Positions 18,704-28,748 of a DNA stretch of 64,000 bases are shown here, piece by piece. The notes beneath the pieces were generated by a model. The model did no database searches, had not been told where the DNA came from, and worked only from the letters and a program-made list of their open reading frames with translations. The stretch comes from Gemmatimonadota bacterium (GTDB taxonomy: Bacteria > Gemmatimonadota > Gemmatimonadetes > Longimicrobiales > Gaopeijiaceae): the NCBI GenBank assembly GCA_034521595.1, contig JAXHMG010000003.1, positions 1,024,001 to 1,088,000 of the forward strand. The letters are read 5' to 3'. A program made the translations under genes and the position numbers. Each line of letters begins with the position of its first letter. Positions within the stretch are counted from its first letter, which is position 1.

Positions 18704-19395
18704 GCCGGGCAGCGGGGTCTTCGGGCCGGGCGACGGGGACGGAGCACCGGATGGAGGTCCCGAAAACGGCCCGGTATCTGACACTCGGTCCGGACTCGGC
18801 TCCGGACGTGTGGATCGTGCTCCACGGGTACGGACAGTTGGCACGCCGCTTCCTGCGCCGATTCGAGCCGGTCGACGACGGCAGCCGGTATATCGTCGCG
18901 CCCGAAGCGCTCTCGCGTTTCTACGCGGAAAGCGAGTCCGGTCGTCACGGGCCGGGCTCGATCGTTGGCGCCACCTGGATGACGCGCGAAGCGCGGGACG
19001 ACGAGATCGCCGATTACGTCCGGTATCTCGACCTGTTGGCCGACCGCGTGCTCGGGAGGCACCGGCGGCTGACCGTGCTCGGATTTTCGCAGGGCGTGGC
19101 CACTGCCTGTCGGTGGACCGTGCGCGGGAACGTCCAGCCCGACCGTATCGTCTTGTGGGGGGATTTTCTCCCGCCGGACCTGGATTTCCAGGTAGCTCGA
19201 GAGCGTTGGGCGGCGGTCGAGACGGTACTCGTTCGGGGGCGGGAGGACCACGCTCTTCGCTCGAAGAAGCTGGCGGTCGAGGAGGCCGAGCGTGTGGAGG
19301 CCGCCGGGCTCGACCTACGGACCGTGCGTTACGAGGGTGGGCACGATATCGACGCGAGGGCGCTCGCCGGGCTGACGAAGCCGAGCTCGGAGTGA
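18700..19395 (+). CDS. Phospholipase/carboxylesterase
   Basis: LHGYGQL, APEALSRFY, GFSQG, GGH. Confidence 0.85.
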   Translation: MSRAAGSSGRATGTEHRMEVPKTARYLTLGPDSAPDVWIVLHGYGQLARRFLRRFEPVDDGSRYIVAPEALSRFYAESESGRHGPGSIVGATWMTREARDDEIADYVRYLDLLADRVLGRHRRLTVLGFSQGVATACRWTVRGNVQPDRIVLWGDFLPPDLDFQVARERWAAVETVLVRGREDHALRSKKLAVEEAERVEAAGLDLRTVRYEGGHDIDARALAGLTKPSSE

Positions 19396-19419
19396 GCGGA
19401 CTCCACGTCGGTTAGTCGG

Positions 19420-20430
19420 TCAAAAGGACCCCACGAACGTGATCTCCGGCTCGAGCTCGTAGCCGAGACGTCGGTGGACCGTTTCCTGTGCGAGATCGAT
19501 CAACGCCCGCACGTCGTCGGCCGTGGCTCCACCGAAGTTCACGATGATGTTGGCGTGCTTGTGAAAGATTCCGGCCGCCCCTCGGACGTGACCCTTCAGG
19601 CCGCATTCGTCGATGAGTCGGCCCGCGCCGACCCCTTCGATCTTCTTGAAGACGGAGCCGGCGCATGGATAGAGCCAGAGGTCGGGGTGCCGCGCATCCC
19701 GCCACTCGAGGTTCTCGCGAACGACGCGGCGGAGATCCTCGACGGACGCACGCTCGAGCTGGAAGGTGGCCGAGAGCACCAGGTCGTCCCGGTGGTGCAG
19801 GATGCTCTCGTCGTATCCGAACCGGAAATAGTCGACGTCGACCGTGCGGTGCTCGCCCTCTTCGGTGAAGATCTCCGCCGACTCCAAGATCTCTTCGATG
19901 AAGACCGTCCGCTCGCGTTCCGGGGCCGGAGAGAGAAAGTGGAGGTTCTGCCACAGCGCGCCGCCGACCGTGCTCGGGATGCCCACGAAGTGATGGAGCC
20001 CGGCCAGGCCTCGGCTGACCGTGAGATCGGTGAGCGTGGGATACGTCCGGACGCCGGCGCCCACGACAATCCGCTCGTCTTCGAGGATGTCCACACCGTC
20101 GATGTCGCACCGGATGACGAGACCGCGGAACCCCCGGTCCCCGACGAGGATGTTCGCGCCCGCGCCGAGCACGAAATACGGCACGCCCGATGCTCGAGCG
20201 GCCGTCACGGCTTCCACGAGCTCCGCGGGTGTGTGCGCCTGAACGAACAGGTCCGCGGGTCCTCCGATGCGGAAGGTGGTGTAGGGGGCGAGGGTGACCC
20301 GGCGCAGTATGCGTTCCGGCCCGAGGCGGGCTTCGAGCGCGTCGAGCGCGTTCGCGTCGACGGGTGTCTGCAAATCGGCTTCCTCGTCCGGCACGGAGTC
20401 GTGCCGTAGCGAAGGGTACGGGGCGTACAT
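19420..20430 (-). CDS. murB: UDP-N-acetylmuramate dehydrogenase
   Basis: TTFRIGGPAD, GAGANIL, GIPSTVGGA, AGSVFK, KHANIIVN, LEPEI. Confidence 0.95.
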   Translation of the reverse strand: MYAPYPSLRHDSVPDEEADLQTPVDANALDALEARLGPERILRRVTLAPYTTFRIGGPADLFVQAHTPAELVEAVTAARASGVPYFVLGAGANILVGDRGFRGLVIRCDIDGVDILEDERIVVGAGVRTYPTLTDLTVSRGLAGLHHFVGIPSTVGGALWQNLHFLSPAPERERTVFIEEILESAEIFTEEGEHRTVDVDYFRFGYDESILHHRDDLVLSATFQLERASVEDLRRVVRENLEWRDARHPDLWLYPCAGSVFKKIEGVGAGRLIDECGLKGHVRGAAGIFHKHANIIVNFGGATADDVRALIDLAQETVHRRLGYELEPEITFVGSF

Positions 20431-20590
20431 GGACTCGGGTCGCCCCCGGAATTCCTACGATCGAAGATCCTACTATAGCCGGCCACGCCACGCAGGGGTA
20501 CCGAAGCGGATGGCGTGCCGGTGTAGGCGCGCCTAGGTTCGGGACGGAATATGCGGTATCACCAGCCTTGTCGGAGGGGAGGACGCGACC

Positions 20591-21070
20591 GTGAGCACCA
20601 TGGCTTCGGATCTGGCACACGTCATCGCGCGAGAGCTCGACCGTGTCGCAGAGGAGATCTCGGCGTACCGGGACGAACGGAACCTTTGGGTCACCGAGGG
20701 TGCGCAGCGAAATGCCCCGGGAACCCTCGCGCTACATCTCGCGGGCAATCTCCGACATTACGTGGGCGCCGGACTCGGTGACACGGGTTACGTGCGTGAT
20801 CGTTCGGCGGAGTTTCACGATCGTGATGTGCCCCGGACCGTGCTTCTCGAGCGCCTGGCCGAGGCCCGGGACACGGTTCTGCGGGTCTTGGCGGCCGTCC
20901 CGGACGAGACGCTCCGCAACGGCCGCATCGCGGTCGAGGTGCCGGAAGCGTACCGGGAGCTGACACCCCACGGATACCTCGTGCACCTCACGTGGCATCT
21001 CGGTTGGCACCAGGGTCAGATCTACTACCATCGCCTCGCGGTGGAGCCCCCCGAAGCGTCTTCGCCGTAG
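20591..21070 (+). CDS. DinB/DUF1572-like protein
   Basis: HLAGNLRHYVG, RDRSAEF, HLGWHQGQIYY. Confidence 0.85.
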   Translation: MSTMASDLAHVIARELDRVAEEISAYRDERNLWVTEGAQRNAPGTLALHLAGNLRHYVGAGLGDTGYVRDRSAEFHDRDVPRTVLLERLAEARDTVLRVLAAVPDETLRNGRIAVEVPEAYRELTPHGYLVHLTWHLGWHQGQIYYHRLAVEPPEASSP

Positions 21071-21110
21071 CGCCCCCGACACCTCCGCTTCTGCACCACC
21101 CTGCCAGTGG

Positions 21111-21147
21111 TGTCCGGTTCCGGGACGGCGCGTCTCGGAACCGGACG
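21111..21147. promoter_or_regulatory. Paired palindromic boxes, candidate enhancer (UAS) for a sigma-54 activator
   Basis: TGTCCGGTTCCGGGACG and CGTCTCGGAACCGGACG, ~80-110 bp before a -24/-12 motif. Confidence 0.5.
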
Positions 21148-21223
21148 CTCACGGCTCCGCGTATCGCACCGGCTCTCCGTTGCTCCCCGCCTGAAACCGG
21201 GCTTTCCGTCGTTCCGTAGGGTG

Positions 21224-21239
21224 TGGCACGTCCCTTTCA
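21224..21239 (+). promoter_or_regulatory. Putative sigma-54 promoter
   Basis: TGGCACG-TCCC-TTTCA versus consensus TGGCACG-N4-TTGCW. Confidence 0.6.
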
Positions 21240-21386
21240 TAGGAAGGAGGACGTTCCCAGCGAGATCGGCTCGGCCGGAGGGGATGCACGGGTGGTGGTG
21301 TGGATGTCGGTGATCAACCTGCCGACTCCGGTCGGGCCCTCGAGGGAGTTCAGCGGTCTCGGAAATGACGGCGGACTCTTGGAAAA

Positions 21387-22919
21387 ATGTCGATGAATCG
21401 GGGTGGTGCGACGATGGGTGGAACACGGATCCTCAACGGGGGGCTCGCCCTCGGTTGCTGCCTTCTCGTCCTCGTATCGGGGGTCACGGCCCAGACGCGT
21501 GCCGAACACCTCACGCTCGAGGACGCGATCGAGCTCGCTCGGGCGAACAACCCGACGTTTCTCAGCACCGAGAACGACCGTGACGTAGCGAGCTGGCGAG
21601 AGCGGGAGGCTTACGGGGCGTTCCTGCCGAGAGTCGACGCCAGCGGGTCGGCCGCGTACACCAAGGCGGGGACTCAGCGCATCGGCACGCTGGATTTCGG
21701 GGCACAGGGCACGGACTGGTACTCGTCCTCATATAACCTGGGGCTCACGTGGACCCTGAGCGGGAACACGATCTTCGGTGTGTCGAACGCCCGTTCGACT
21801 CGCCGAGCGACCGAGGCTCGGGTAGACGCCGCGGAGTTCGACCTCCAAAGCCGGGTCGCGCTCCAGTACATGGCCGCCCTCCGGGCACGTGACCAGGTGG
21901 AGGTCGCTCAGCGGCAACTCGATCGAGCACGCCAAAATCGTCGGATCGTCGAAAGCCGCGTGTTCTCCGGGGACGCCGCGGGTACCGAGGGGACTCAGGC
22001 CGAGGTGGATCTCGGGCGCGCGGAGGTCGGACTCATCCAGGCCCAGCGGGACTTGCGCCAGGCCAAGCTCTTGCTGGCCGAGCAGATCGGCGTCGGACTC
22101 GATCCGGATGTGCGGCTTGTCGATGACTTCGAGGTGTTCGAGCCGACCTACGACGTCGAGGAGCTCGTGGCCTCGGCGGTGAGCGGGCACCCGTCGCTCG
22201 ATGCCTTCCGAGCTCAGGAAAGCGCTCGCCGCGCCGCGGCCCGGCAGACCGCGACCAGTCAGTATCTCCCCACCGTCAGGGTCTCGACCGGATTCAGGGG
22301 AAACACGCTACAGGCCTTGAACGAGGACTTCTTGCTCGAATCGGCGGAGGATCGGATACAGAGCCGGCGTGAGGAATGCGAGTTCGAAAATGCGGTCAGC
22401 TCGGGCCTCTCGTCCCCACTTCCGGGATATCCCCGCGATTGTTCGGAGCACGTCATGACCGAAGAGATGCGGCATGAGGTGATCGCATCCAATGACGTGT
22501 TTCCCTTCGACTTCACCGAGCTGCCCTTCGAGTTGCGACTGAATGTGTCGATCCCGGTGTTTACCGGCTTTTCCAGACAGCGACAAGTCGCTCAGGCAAG
22601 AGTGGACGCCGAAGACGCGGAGCACGACCGACGCGCCGAGGAGCTTCGCTTGCGCACGGCCGTGACGAGCGCCGCCGACGACCTGGAGTCCGCGTATCGG
22701 GTGCTGGAGACCGAGGAACGGAACCGCGCGCTCGCCGAAGAACAGCTTCAGCTCCAACAGCGCCGCTACGCCCTCGGAGCCGCGAATCTACTCGAGTTGC
22801 TGGACGCGCAGACGACCGTGACGACCGCCGATCAGGCGTATCTCAACGCGTTGTACGACTTCCATTTCAGCCTCGTCTCGTTGGAAGCTGCCGTCGGACG
22901 GCGGCTTCCGCGGGAGTGA
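21387..22919 (+). CDS. TolC-family outer-membrane protein
   Basis: LTLEDAIELA..NNP, SIPVFTGF, RYALGAANLLELLDAQ. Confidence 0.9.
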   Translation: MSMNRGGATMGGTRILNGGLALGCCLLVLVSGVTAQTRAEHLTLEDAIELARANNPTFLSTENDRDVASWREREAYGAFLPRVDASGSAAYTKAGTQRIGTLDFGAQGTDWYSSSYNLGLTWTLSGNTIFGVSNARSTRRATEARVDAAEFDLQSRVALQYMAALRARDQVEVAQRQLDRARQNRRIVESRVFSGDAAGTEGTQAEVDLGRAEVGLIQAQRDLRQAKLLLAEQIGVGLDPDVRLVDDFEVFEPTYDVEELVASAVSGHPSLDAFRAQESARRAAARQTATSQYLPTVRVSTGFRGNTLQALNEDFLLESAEDRIQSRREECEFENAVSSGLSSPLPGYPRDCSEHVMTEEMRHEVIASNDVFPFDFTELPFELRLNVSIPVFTGFSRQRQVAQARVDAEDAEHDRRAEELRLRTAVTSAADDLESAYRVLETEERNRALAEEQLQLQQRRYALGAANLLELLDAQTTVTTADQAYLNALYDFHFSLVSLEAAVGRRLPRE

Positions 22920-22937
22920 GGTGACGACGGAGAAACC

Positions 22938-24203
22938 GTGGATATCATCAGGGACACCAAGCCACAGAAGAAGCGAAAGAAGATCCTGTGGAGCCTGGTC
23001 GCGATCGCAGGTCTCGGACTGACGATCTTCGTGCCCCGGCTCCTTCCCACCGCGGCGCCCACCGTGGACGGGAATGTGGTTTGGCAGGATACGGTCGAGT
23101 TCGGAACCCTGATTCGCCAGGTCCGGGGCCCGGGAACACTGGTGCCCGAGCAGCGGAGGCTCATCACGGCCGTCACACCGGGCCGCATCGAGGAGATCCA
23201 TGCCCTTCCGGGCACCGAGGTCGAGGCTGGTACCGTGATCATGCGCATGAGCAATCCGGACGTGGACATGCAGTTGCTGCAAGCCCAACAGCAGCTCTCG
23301 CAGGCCCGTGCGCAGCTCGCCCAGCTCCGGACCAACCTTCAGACGGGCGAGCTCACGCAGCGGGGCACGGTGGCGACGGTCCGCACCCAGTACCTCGACG
23401 CGAAGCGCACCTACGAGACGAACCAGCGCCTCTTCGACGAGAATCCCGACCTCGTGGCCCGGGCAGTGCTCGAACGGTCCCGCGAGTCCATGGAGGAGCT
23501 CGAGTTGCGGCTCGAACTCGAGGAGGACCGGCTCGAGGTCATGGAGTCCACGGCCTCCGTGCAGGTTCTCGCCCAGCAGGAGCAGATCCAGCGTCTCGAG
23601 GAGATGGTCCGGTTCAACCGAGACCGCCTCGAGTCGATGGAGGTGACGGTCCCGGTCACCGGGGTTCTGGCTCCGTTGGACATCCCGATCCAGGAAGGGC
23701 AGTGGGTGCAGTCGGGTCAGACGCTGTCCCTGGTCGTGGTGCCGGGCCGCCTCAAGGCGGAGGTGCGGATCACCCAGACGCAGGCGCAGGACATCGTGAT
23801 CGGCCAGCGGGCGCTCATCGATACCCGCAGCGACACCATCGAAGGCCGGGTGGTCCGGATCGATCCGGCGGTGCGGAACGGGACGGTGACGATCGACGTC
23901 GCGCTCCCGGACGAGCTTCCGAGCTCCGCCCGGCCGGATCAGAGCGTCGACGGCAACGTGATCATCGAACGGTTGGACGACGTGACCTTCGTGGGGCGTC
24001 CCACCTTCGGGCAGGCGAACTCACGGGTCAGCCTCTTTCGCGTCACTGAAGACGGCGAGTACGCGGAGCGGGTGTCGGTTCAACTCGGGGCCAGCTCCGT
24101 CAACGATATCGAAGTGCGGGAGGGGCTGAGCGAGGGCGACGTGGTGATCCTTTCCGACATGTCTCGATGGGACGATTTCGACCGCGTGCGGATCGGCAAC
24201 TGA
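22938..24203 (+). CDS. Efflux periplasmic adaptor (HlyD/MacA-like)
   Basis: One TM, VRGPGTLVP, coiled coil, RIDPAVRNGTV. Confidence 0.9.
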   Translation: MDIIRDTKPQKKRKKILWSLVAIAGLGLTIFVPRLLPTAAPTVDGNVVWQDTVEFGTLIRQVRGPGTLVPEQRRLITAVTPGRIEEIHALPGTEVEAGTVIMRMSNPDVDMQLLQAQQQLSQARAQLAQLRTNLQTGELTQRGTVATVRTQYLDAKRTYETNQRLFDENPDLVARAVLERSRESMEELELRLELEEDRLEVMESTASVQVLAQQEQIQRLEEMVRFNRDRLESMEVTVPVTGVLAPLDIPIQEGQWVQSGQTLSLVVVPGRLKAEVRITQTQAQDIVIGQRALIDTRSDTIEGRVVRIDPAVRNGTVTIDVALPDELPSSARPDQSVDGNVIIERLDDVTFVGRPTFGQANSRVSLFRVTEDGEYAERVSVQLGASSVNDIEVREGLSEGDVVILSDMSRWDDFDRVRIGN

Positions 24204-24276
24204 ACGATCCAACAGACGTCACCGCCGTGGGCGCGGCACGGCTCCGAGTGGCGTGACACCGATGGGAGGGGACGAG

Positions 24277-25041
24277 ATGACGAAAGAGCATGCGTTGATC
24301 GAGCTGGGAGAGATGAGCAAGGTGTTCTACACCGAAGAGGTGGAGACCCACGCGCTCTCGAACATCAACCTCTCGATCGAAACGGGGGAGTTCGTGTCGA
24401 TCGCGGGGCCGTCGGGGTGTGGGAAGACGACGTTGTTGTCGATTCTGGGGTTGTTGGACAGCCCGACGAGTGGGCGGTACCTGCTCGACGACACGCCGGT
24501 GGAGAACCTGACGGCGAGCCAGCGTGCGAAGATCCGGAACCAGGCGATCGGGTTCATCTTCCAGGCGTTCAACCTGATCGGGGACCTCACGGTTCAGGAG
24601 AACGTGGAGCTGCCGCTGACGTACCGGGGGATGCCGGGCTCGGAGCGGAAGGAGCGGGTACAGGCGGCGCTGGAGCGCGTGGGCATGGCGCACCGGATGA
24701 CGCACTACCCGAGTCAGCTCAGTGGCGGCCAGCAGCAGCGCGTGGCGGTGGCTCGGGCGATCGTGGGCAAGCCGTTGATCCTGCTCGCGGACGAGCCGAC
24801 GGGAAACCTGGATTCGAAGAACGGAAACGCCGTGATGGAGCTCATGCACGAGCTGCACGACGAGGGCGCCACGATCTGCATGGTGACGCACGATCCGCGC
24901 TACGCCGAGGTCGCCGACCGCGCCGTGCATCTCTTCGACGGCCAGATCGTCAGTGAGGACGACGTTCGGCGGGCCCAGGAGCTCGAGGAAGCCGGATTCG
25001 ATCTCCATCACGGCCCGGGAGAGCCCACGCCGAAAGCTTGA
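24277..25041 (+). CDS. ABC transporter ATP-binding protein (MacB/LolD-like)
   Basis: GPSGCGKTT, LSGGQQQR, ADEPTGNLD. Confidence 0.95.
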   Translation: MTKEHALIELGEMSKVFYTEEVETHALSNINLSIETGEFVSIAGPSGCGKTTLLSILGLLDSPTSGRYLLDDTPVENLTASQRAKIRNQAIGFIFQAFNLIGDLTVQENVELPLTYRGMPGSERKERVQAALERVGMAHRMTHYPSQLSGGQQQRVAVARAIVGKPLILLADEPTGNLDSKNGNAVMELMHELHDEGATICMVTHDPRYAEVADRAVHLFDGQIVSEDDVRRAQELEEAGFDLHHGPGEPTPKA

Positions 25042-25144
25042 GGACATACGCGTCGGGGGAGACCTGACGCGGCATGCTCGGGAGCCGTAGGTTGAGGCAC
25101 CTCCGAGCGGCGACTCGGTCAAACGCGCGCGCCACGAGATACGC

Positions 25145-25813
25145 ATGATCAGGCTGAAGAACGTCGAGAAGTCGTACAGGACCGGGGCCGGTGAAACGTT
25201 CGTGCTGCGGCGCATCTCGGCCGATATCGAGACGGGGGAGTTCGTCACCGTCATGGGGCCGTCGGGCGCCGGAAAGTCCACCTTGCTCTCCATCATGGGG
25301 ATGCTCGACGGAGACTGGGGCGGCGAGTACTACCTCTTCGGCGAGCCGGTGCACGCGATGCGCCCACGGGCTCGGAGCGAGCTCGGTAAGGCCTATGTGG
25401 GCTTCGTGTTCCAGCAATACCATCTCCTCGACGACCTGACGGTGTACGAGAACCTGGAGATTCCGCTCTCGTACCGGAACGTGAAACGGAAGGAACGCCA
25501 GGCGATCGTCGCCGACGCGCTGGACCGGTTCCAGATCGTGGGGAAGAAGGACCTGTACCCGAGTCAGCTCTCGGGCGGCCAGCAGCAGCTCGTCGCGGTG
25601 GCGCGCGCGGTCGTCGCGGAGCCCTCGGTGATTCTGGCCGACGAGCCGACCGGCAGCCTACATTCCAGCCAGGGCCGCATGATCATGGATCTGCTCACCG
25701 AGCTGAACCGGAGTGGCACCACCGTCGTTCAGGTGACGCACAACGAAGAGTACGCGGCGTACGGGAGCCGGATCATCGAGCTCCGAGACGGATGGATCGT
25801 GGACGAATCGTGA
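25145..25813 (+). CDS. Second ABC transporter ATP-binding protein
   Basis: [26 protein letters not shown]. Confidence 0.95.
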   Translation: MIRLKNVEKSYRTGAGETFVLRRISADIETGEFVTVMGPSGAGKSTLLSIMGMLDGDWGGEYYLFGEPVHAMRPRARSELGKAYVGFVFQQYHLLDDLTVYENLEIPLSYRNVKRKERQAIVADALDRFQIVGKKDLYPSQLSGGQQQLVAVARAVVAEPSVILADEPTGSLHSSQGRMIMDLLTELNRSGTTVVQVTHNEEYAAYGSRIIELRDGWIVDES

Positions 25814-27180
25814 TGCCGGAAAAGCCCCGCATTCTCGTCGCGGACGATCAGCAGGACGTCCTCGAGGCTCTGCACATGCTGCTCGAGGCAGAAGGGTTCG
25901 AGGTGCGAAGCGCGACCTCACCCGCCGGAGTGGTCGAGGCCGTCGAGTCCGGTGACTTCGACCTCGTCCTCATCGACCTGAACTACACCCGCGATACCAC
26001 GTCCGGGCGCGAGGGGCTCGACCTCGTCACGTCGATTCGAGAGCTCGATGCCACCGTGCCGGTCGTCGTGATGACCGCGTGGGGGAGCGTCGAAGGTGCC
26101 GTCGAAGCGATGCGTCGGGGCGCGCGCGACTATATCGAGAAGCCGTGGGACAACGAGCGGCTGCTCACTACGCTCCGGACCCAGGTCGAGCTGGGCCGGG
26201 CGCTGCGGCGTAGCCAGCTCCTGGAAGGCGAGAATCTTCGGTTGAAGGGAGAAGGTGCGCCGGAGCTCATCGCGACCTCCGAGGCCATGCAGCCGGTCCT
26301 CGAGGTGATCGACCGCGTGGGCCCGTCGGACGCGAACGTCCTGGTCGTTGGAGAGCACGGAACGGGCAAAGAGGTCATCGCCCGCTGGCTTCACGCGGTC
26401 TCCGATCGTGCCCGGAACGCGCTGATCACCGTGAACGCGGGCGGGTTCAGCGAAGGGGTCTTCGAGAGTGAGCTGTTCGGCCACGTGCGGGGCGCCTTCA
26501 CCGATGCGAAAGGAGACCGCGTCGGCTGCTTCGAGCTGGCCGACGAAGGCACGCTCTTTCTGGACGAGATCGCGAACGTGCCGCTGCAGCAACAGGCGAA
26601 GCTTCTCCGAGTGCTCGAGACGGGCGAGATCCAGCGGGTGGGGTCGTCGAAAGTGCGGAGCGTGGACGTACGCGTGCTCTCCGCGACCAACGCCAACCCG
26701 GGGGAGGCGGTCGAGCGGGGAGAGTTTCGTGAGGACCTCCTCTACCGGCTGAACACCGTCGAAGTGCGGCTCCCGCCGCTGCGGGACCGAAGAGAGGACA
26801 TCCTCCCGCTGGCCCGGCACTTCCTCGGAAAGCAGGTGGCACGGTACGGGCGCGACATCGAAGGCTTTTCCAGAGCGGCCGAGGAGGCGCTCCTCGCACA
26901 TGCATGGCCGGGCAACGTGCGCGAGCTCCAACATTCGGTCGAGCGCTCGGTCCTCATGGCTCGTGGGTCTCGTATCGAGATGTCGGACTTGGGATTAAGG
27001 CGGAAGGGGGACGGAGCCACGCCCATGGACGAGCTGACGCTGGAAGAGGCGGAGCGACTCCTCATCGAAAAGGCGCTCCAGCGTCACGCGGGGAACGTCA
27101 GCCGGACCGCGGAAGCGCTCGGGCTGAGCCGGAGCGCGCTCTACCGCCGGTTGCAGCGCCACGATATCGAGCCGGCGTAG
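25813..27180 (+). CDS. Sigma-54-dependent response regulator (REC-AAA-HTH)
   Basis: GEHGTGKE, ESELFGH..GAFTDA, FREDLLYRL, WPGNVREL, Fis-type HTH. Confidence 0.95.
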   Translation: MPEKPRILVADDQQDVLEALHMLLEAEGFEVRSATSPAGVVEAVESGDFDLVLIDLNYTRDTTSGREGLDLVTSIRELDATVPVVVMTAWGSVEGAVEAMRRGARDYIEKPWDNERLLTTLRTQVELGRALRRSQLLEGENLRLKGEGAPELIATSEAMQPVLEVIDRVGPSDANVLVVGEHGTGKEVIARWLHAVSDRARNALITVNAGGFSEGVFESELFGHVRGAFTDAKGDRVGCFELADEGTLFLDEIANVPLQQQAKLLRVLETGEIQRVGSSKVRSVDVRVLSATNANPGEAVERGEFREDLLYRLNTVEVRLPPLRDRREDILPLARHFLGKQVARYGRDIEGFSRAAEEALLAHAWPGNVRELQHSVERSVLMARGSRIEMSDLGLRRKGDGATPMDELTLEEAERLLIEKALQRHAGNVSRTAEALGLSRSALYRRLQRHDIEPA

Positions 27181-27239
27181 CAGCCCGTGGTAGATCTCGT
27201 GCGGCCCCGGTCGATGACACGTTCGGCGCGCTCCCGACC

Positions 27240-28583
27240 GTGAGCGGCATCTGGCGGCGACTCGGGCACGATACCCGGATCGTCGTTCTCTCGCTGCTCG
27301 CCGGAGCCCCCGGGGTCGCCGTGGCCCTGGTTCTTCTGTGGGCAGGGGATCACGCGACGCTCCTGCAGTGGTTCCTCACGGCCGTGGTCGTCGGTGGGTG
27401 GGCGCTCCTCACACTGCTGCTCCGCGAGCATGTCGTCCGGCCCTTGGGAACGCTCGCGAACATGCTGGCCGCCTTGCGGGAGGGCGATTTCTCCATCCGC
27501 GCTCGCGTGGTGGACGCCACGGATCCGCTCTCACTCGTCTTCCACGAGCTGAACGCGCTCGAAGAGACCCTCAGAGACCAGCGACTGGGGGCGGTCGAAG
27601 CCACGGAGACGCTTCGGAAGGTCTTGGAGGAGATCGACGTGGCCGTCTTCGCCTTCGATCCGGGAGGCACGCTCCGAATCGTGAACCGCGCGGGCGAGCG
27701 GCTCCTGGGCCAGCCGGCCGAACGGTTGATCGGCAGGTCCGCCGAGGAGGTCCGCTTGGACGAGACGCTGGAGGGGGTGGCACCGCGGACGTTGGAGGTA
27801 GCGTTCCCGGGGGGCACCGGCCGTTGGGAGCTCAGGAGAAGCGTCGTGCGCCAGGAAGGATCCCGCCTTCAGCTCGTCGCCCTGTCGGATTTGAGTCGCG
27901 CGTTGCGTGAGGAGGAACGGCAGGCCTGGAAGCGGATCATTCGGGTCCTCTCCCACGAGATCAACAACTCGCTCACGCCGATCAAATCGGTCTCGGGGAG
28001 CCTGCGAACCATGCTCGCCCGCCGTGAGCTCCCCGACGACGTCGGTGAGGATGTGGAGCGCGGGCTGTCGATCATCTCGGGCCGGGCGGAGTCGCTCGGG
28101 CGCTTCATGGCTTCCTACGCGCGCCTGGCCCGGCTCCCGCATCCGGAGTTCGCCCCCGTCGACGTGGCCGAGCTGATTCGCCGGGTCGCCGATTTGGAGA
28201 TGCGGCGGGCCGTGGAAGTGGGCTCGGGTCCCGAGTTGACGATTCAGGCCGATTCGGACCAGCTCGAGCAGGCGCTCATCAACCTCGTGCACAACGCCGT
28301 GGATGCGACGCTAGAGAGTGGGGCGGACGGCCCGGTCTCGATCGGTTGGACGCACCGGAGCGGAACGCTACACGTGCTCGTGGACGACGAAGGTCCGGGG
28401 CTACCCGACACGGGGAACCTGTTCGTGCCGTTCTATACCACGAAGCCCGGTGGCTCGGGCATCGGGCTGGTCCTCGCCCGCCAGATCGTCGAGGCACACG
28501 GGGGTACGCTGGTGCTCGAAGAGCGAGGGGAACGTCCTGGTGCTCGCGCACGTCTCACGCTCCCCGTGGATCCGGAAGCCTGA
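27240..28583 (+). CDS. Sensor histidine kinase (NtrY-like; TM-HAMP-PAS-HK)
   Basis: LSHEINNSLTPI, NLVHNA, DEGPG, FYTTKPGGSGIGL. Confidence 0.92.
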   Translation: MSGIWRRLGHDTRIVVLSLLAGAPGVAVALVLLWAGDHATLLQWFLTAVVVGGWALLTLLLREHVVRPLGTLANMLAALREGDFSIRARVVDATDPLSLVFHELNALEETLRDQRLGAVEATETLRKVLEEIDVAVFAFDPGGTLRIVNRAGERLLGQPAERLIGRSAEEVRLDETLEGVAPRTLEVAFPGGTGRWELRRSVVRQEGSRLQLVALSDLSRALREEERQAWKRIIRVLSHEINNSLTPIKSVSGSLRTMLARRELPDDVGEDVERGLSIISGRAESLGRFMASYARLARLPHPEFAPVDVAELIRRVADLEMRRAVEVGSGPELTIQADSDQLEQALINLVHNAVDATLESGADGPVSIGWTHRSGTLHVLVDDEGPGLPDTGNLFVPFYTTKPGGSGIGLVLARQIVEAHGGTLVLEERGERPGARARLTLPVDPEA

Positions 28584-28748
28584 GGAGCTCCGACCACCAC
28601 GCTCGCCTCGCCGGTCGCTCCGGCACGTACATCGGTATCCGAGTCGCGGTCCGTGAGTGGCCGAGTGAGGTCGGCTCCGGATGGCTCGCCGTGACACCGC
28701 GGGCGGTGCCGGGTTACCTTCCGCGGTGGCATCCGCAGATGTCGGCTC

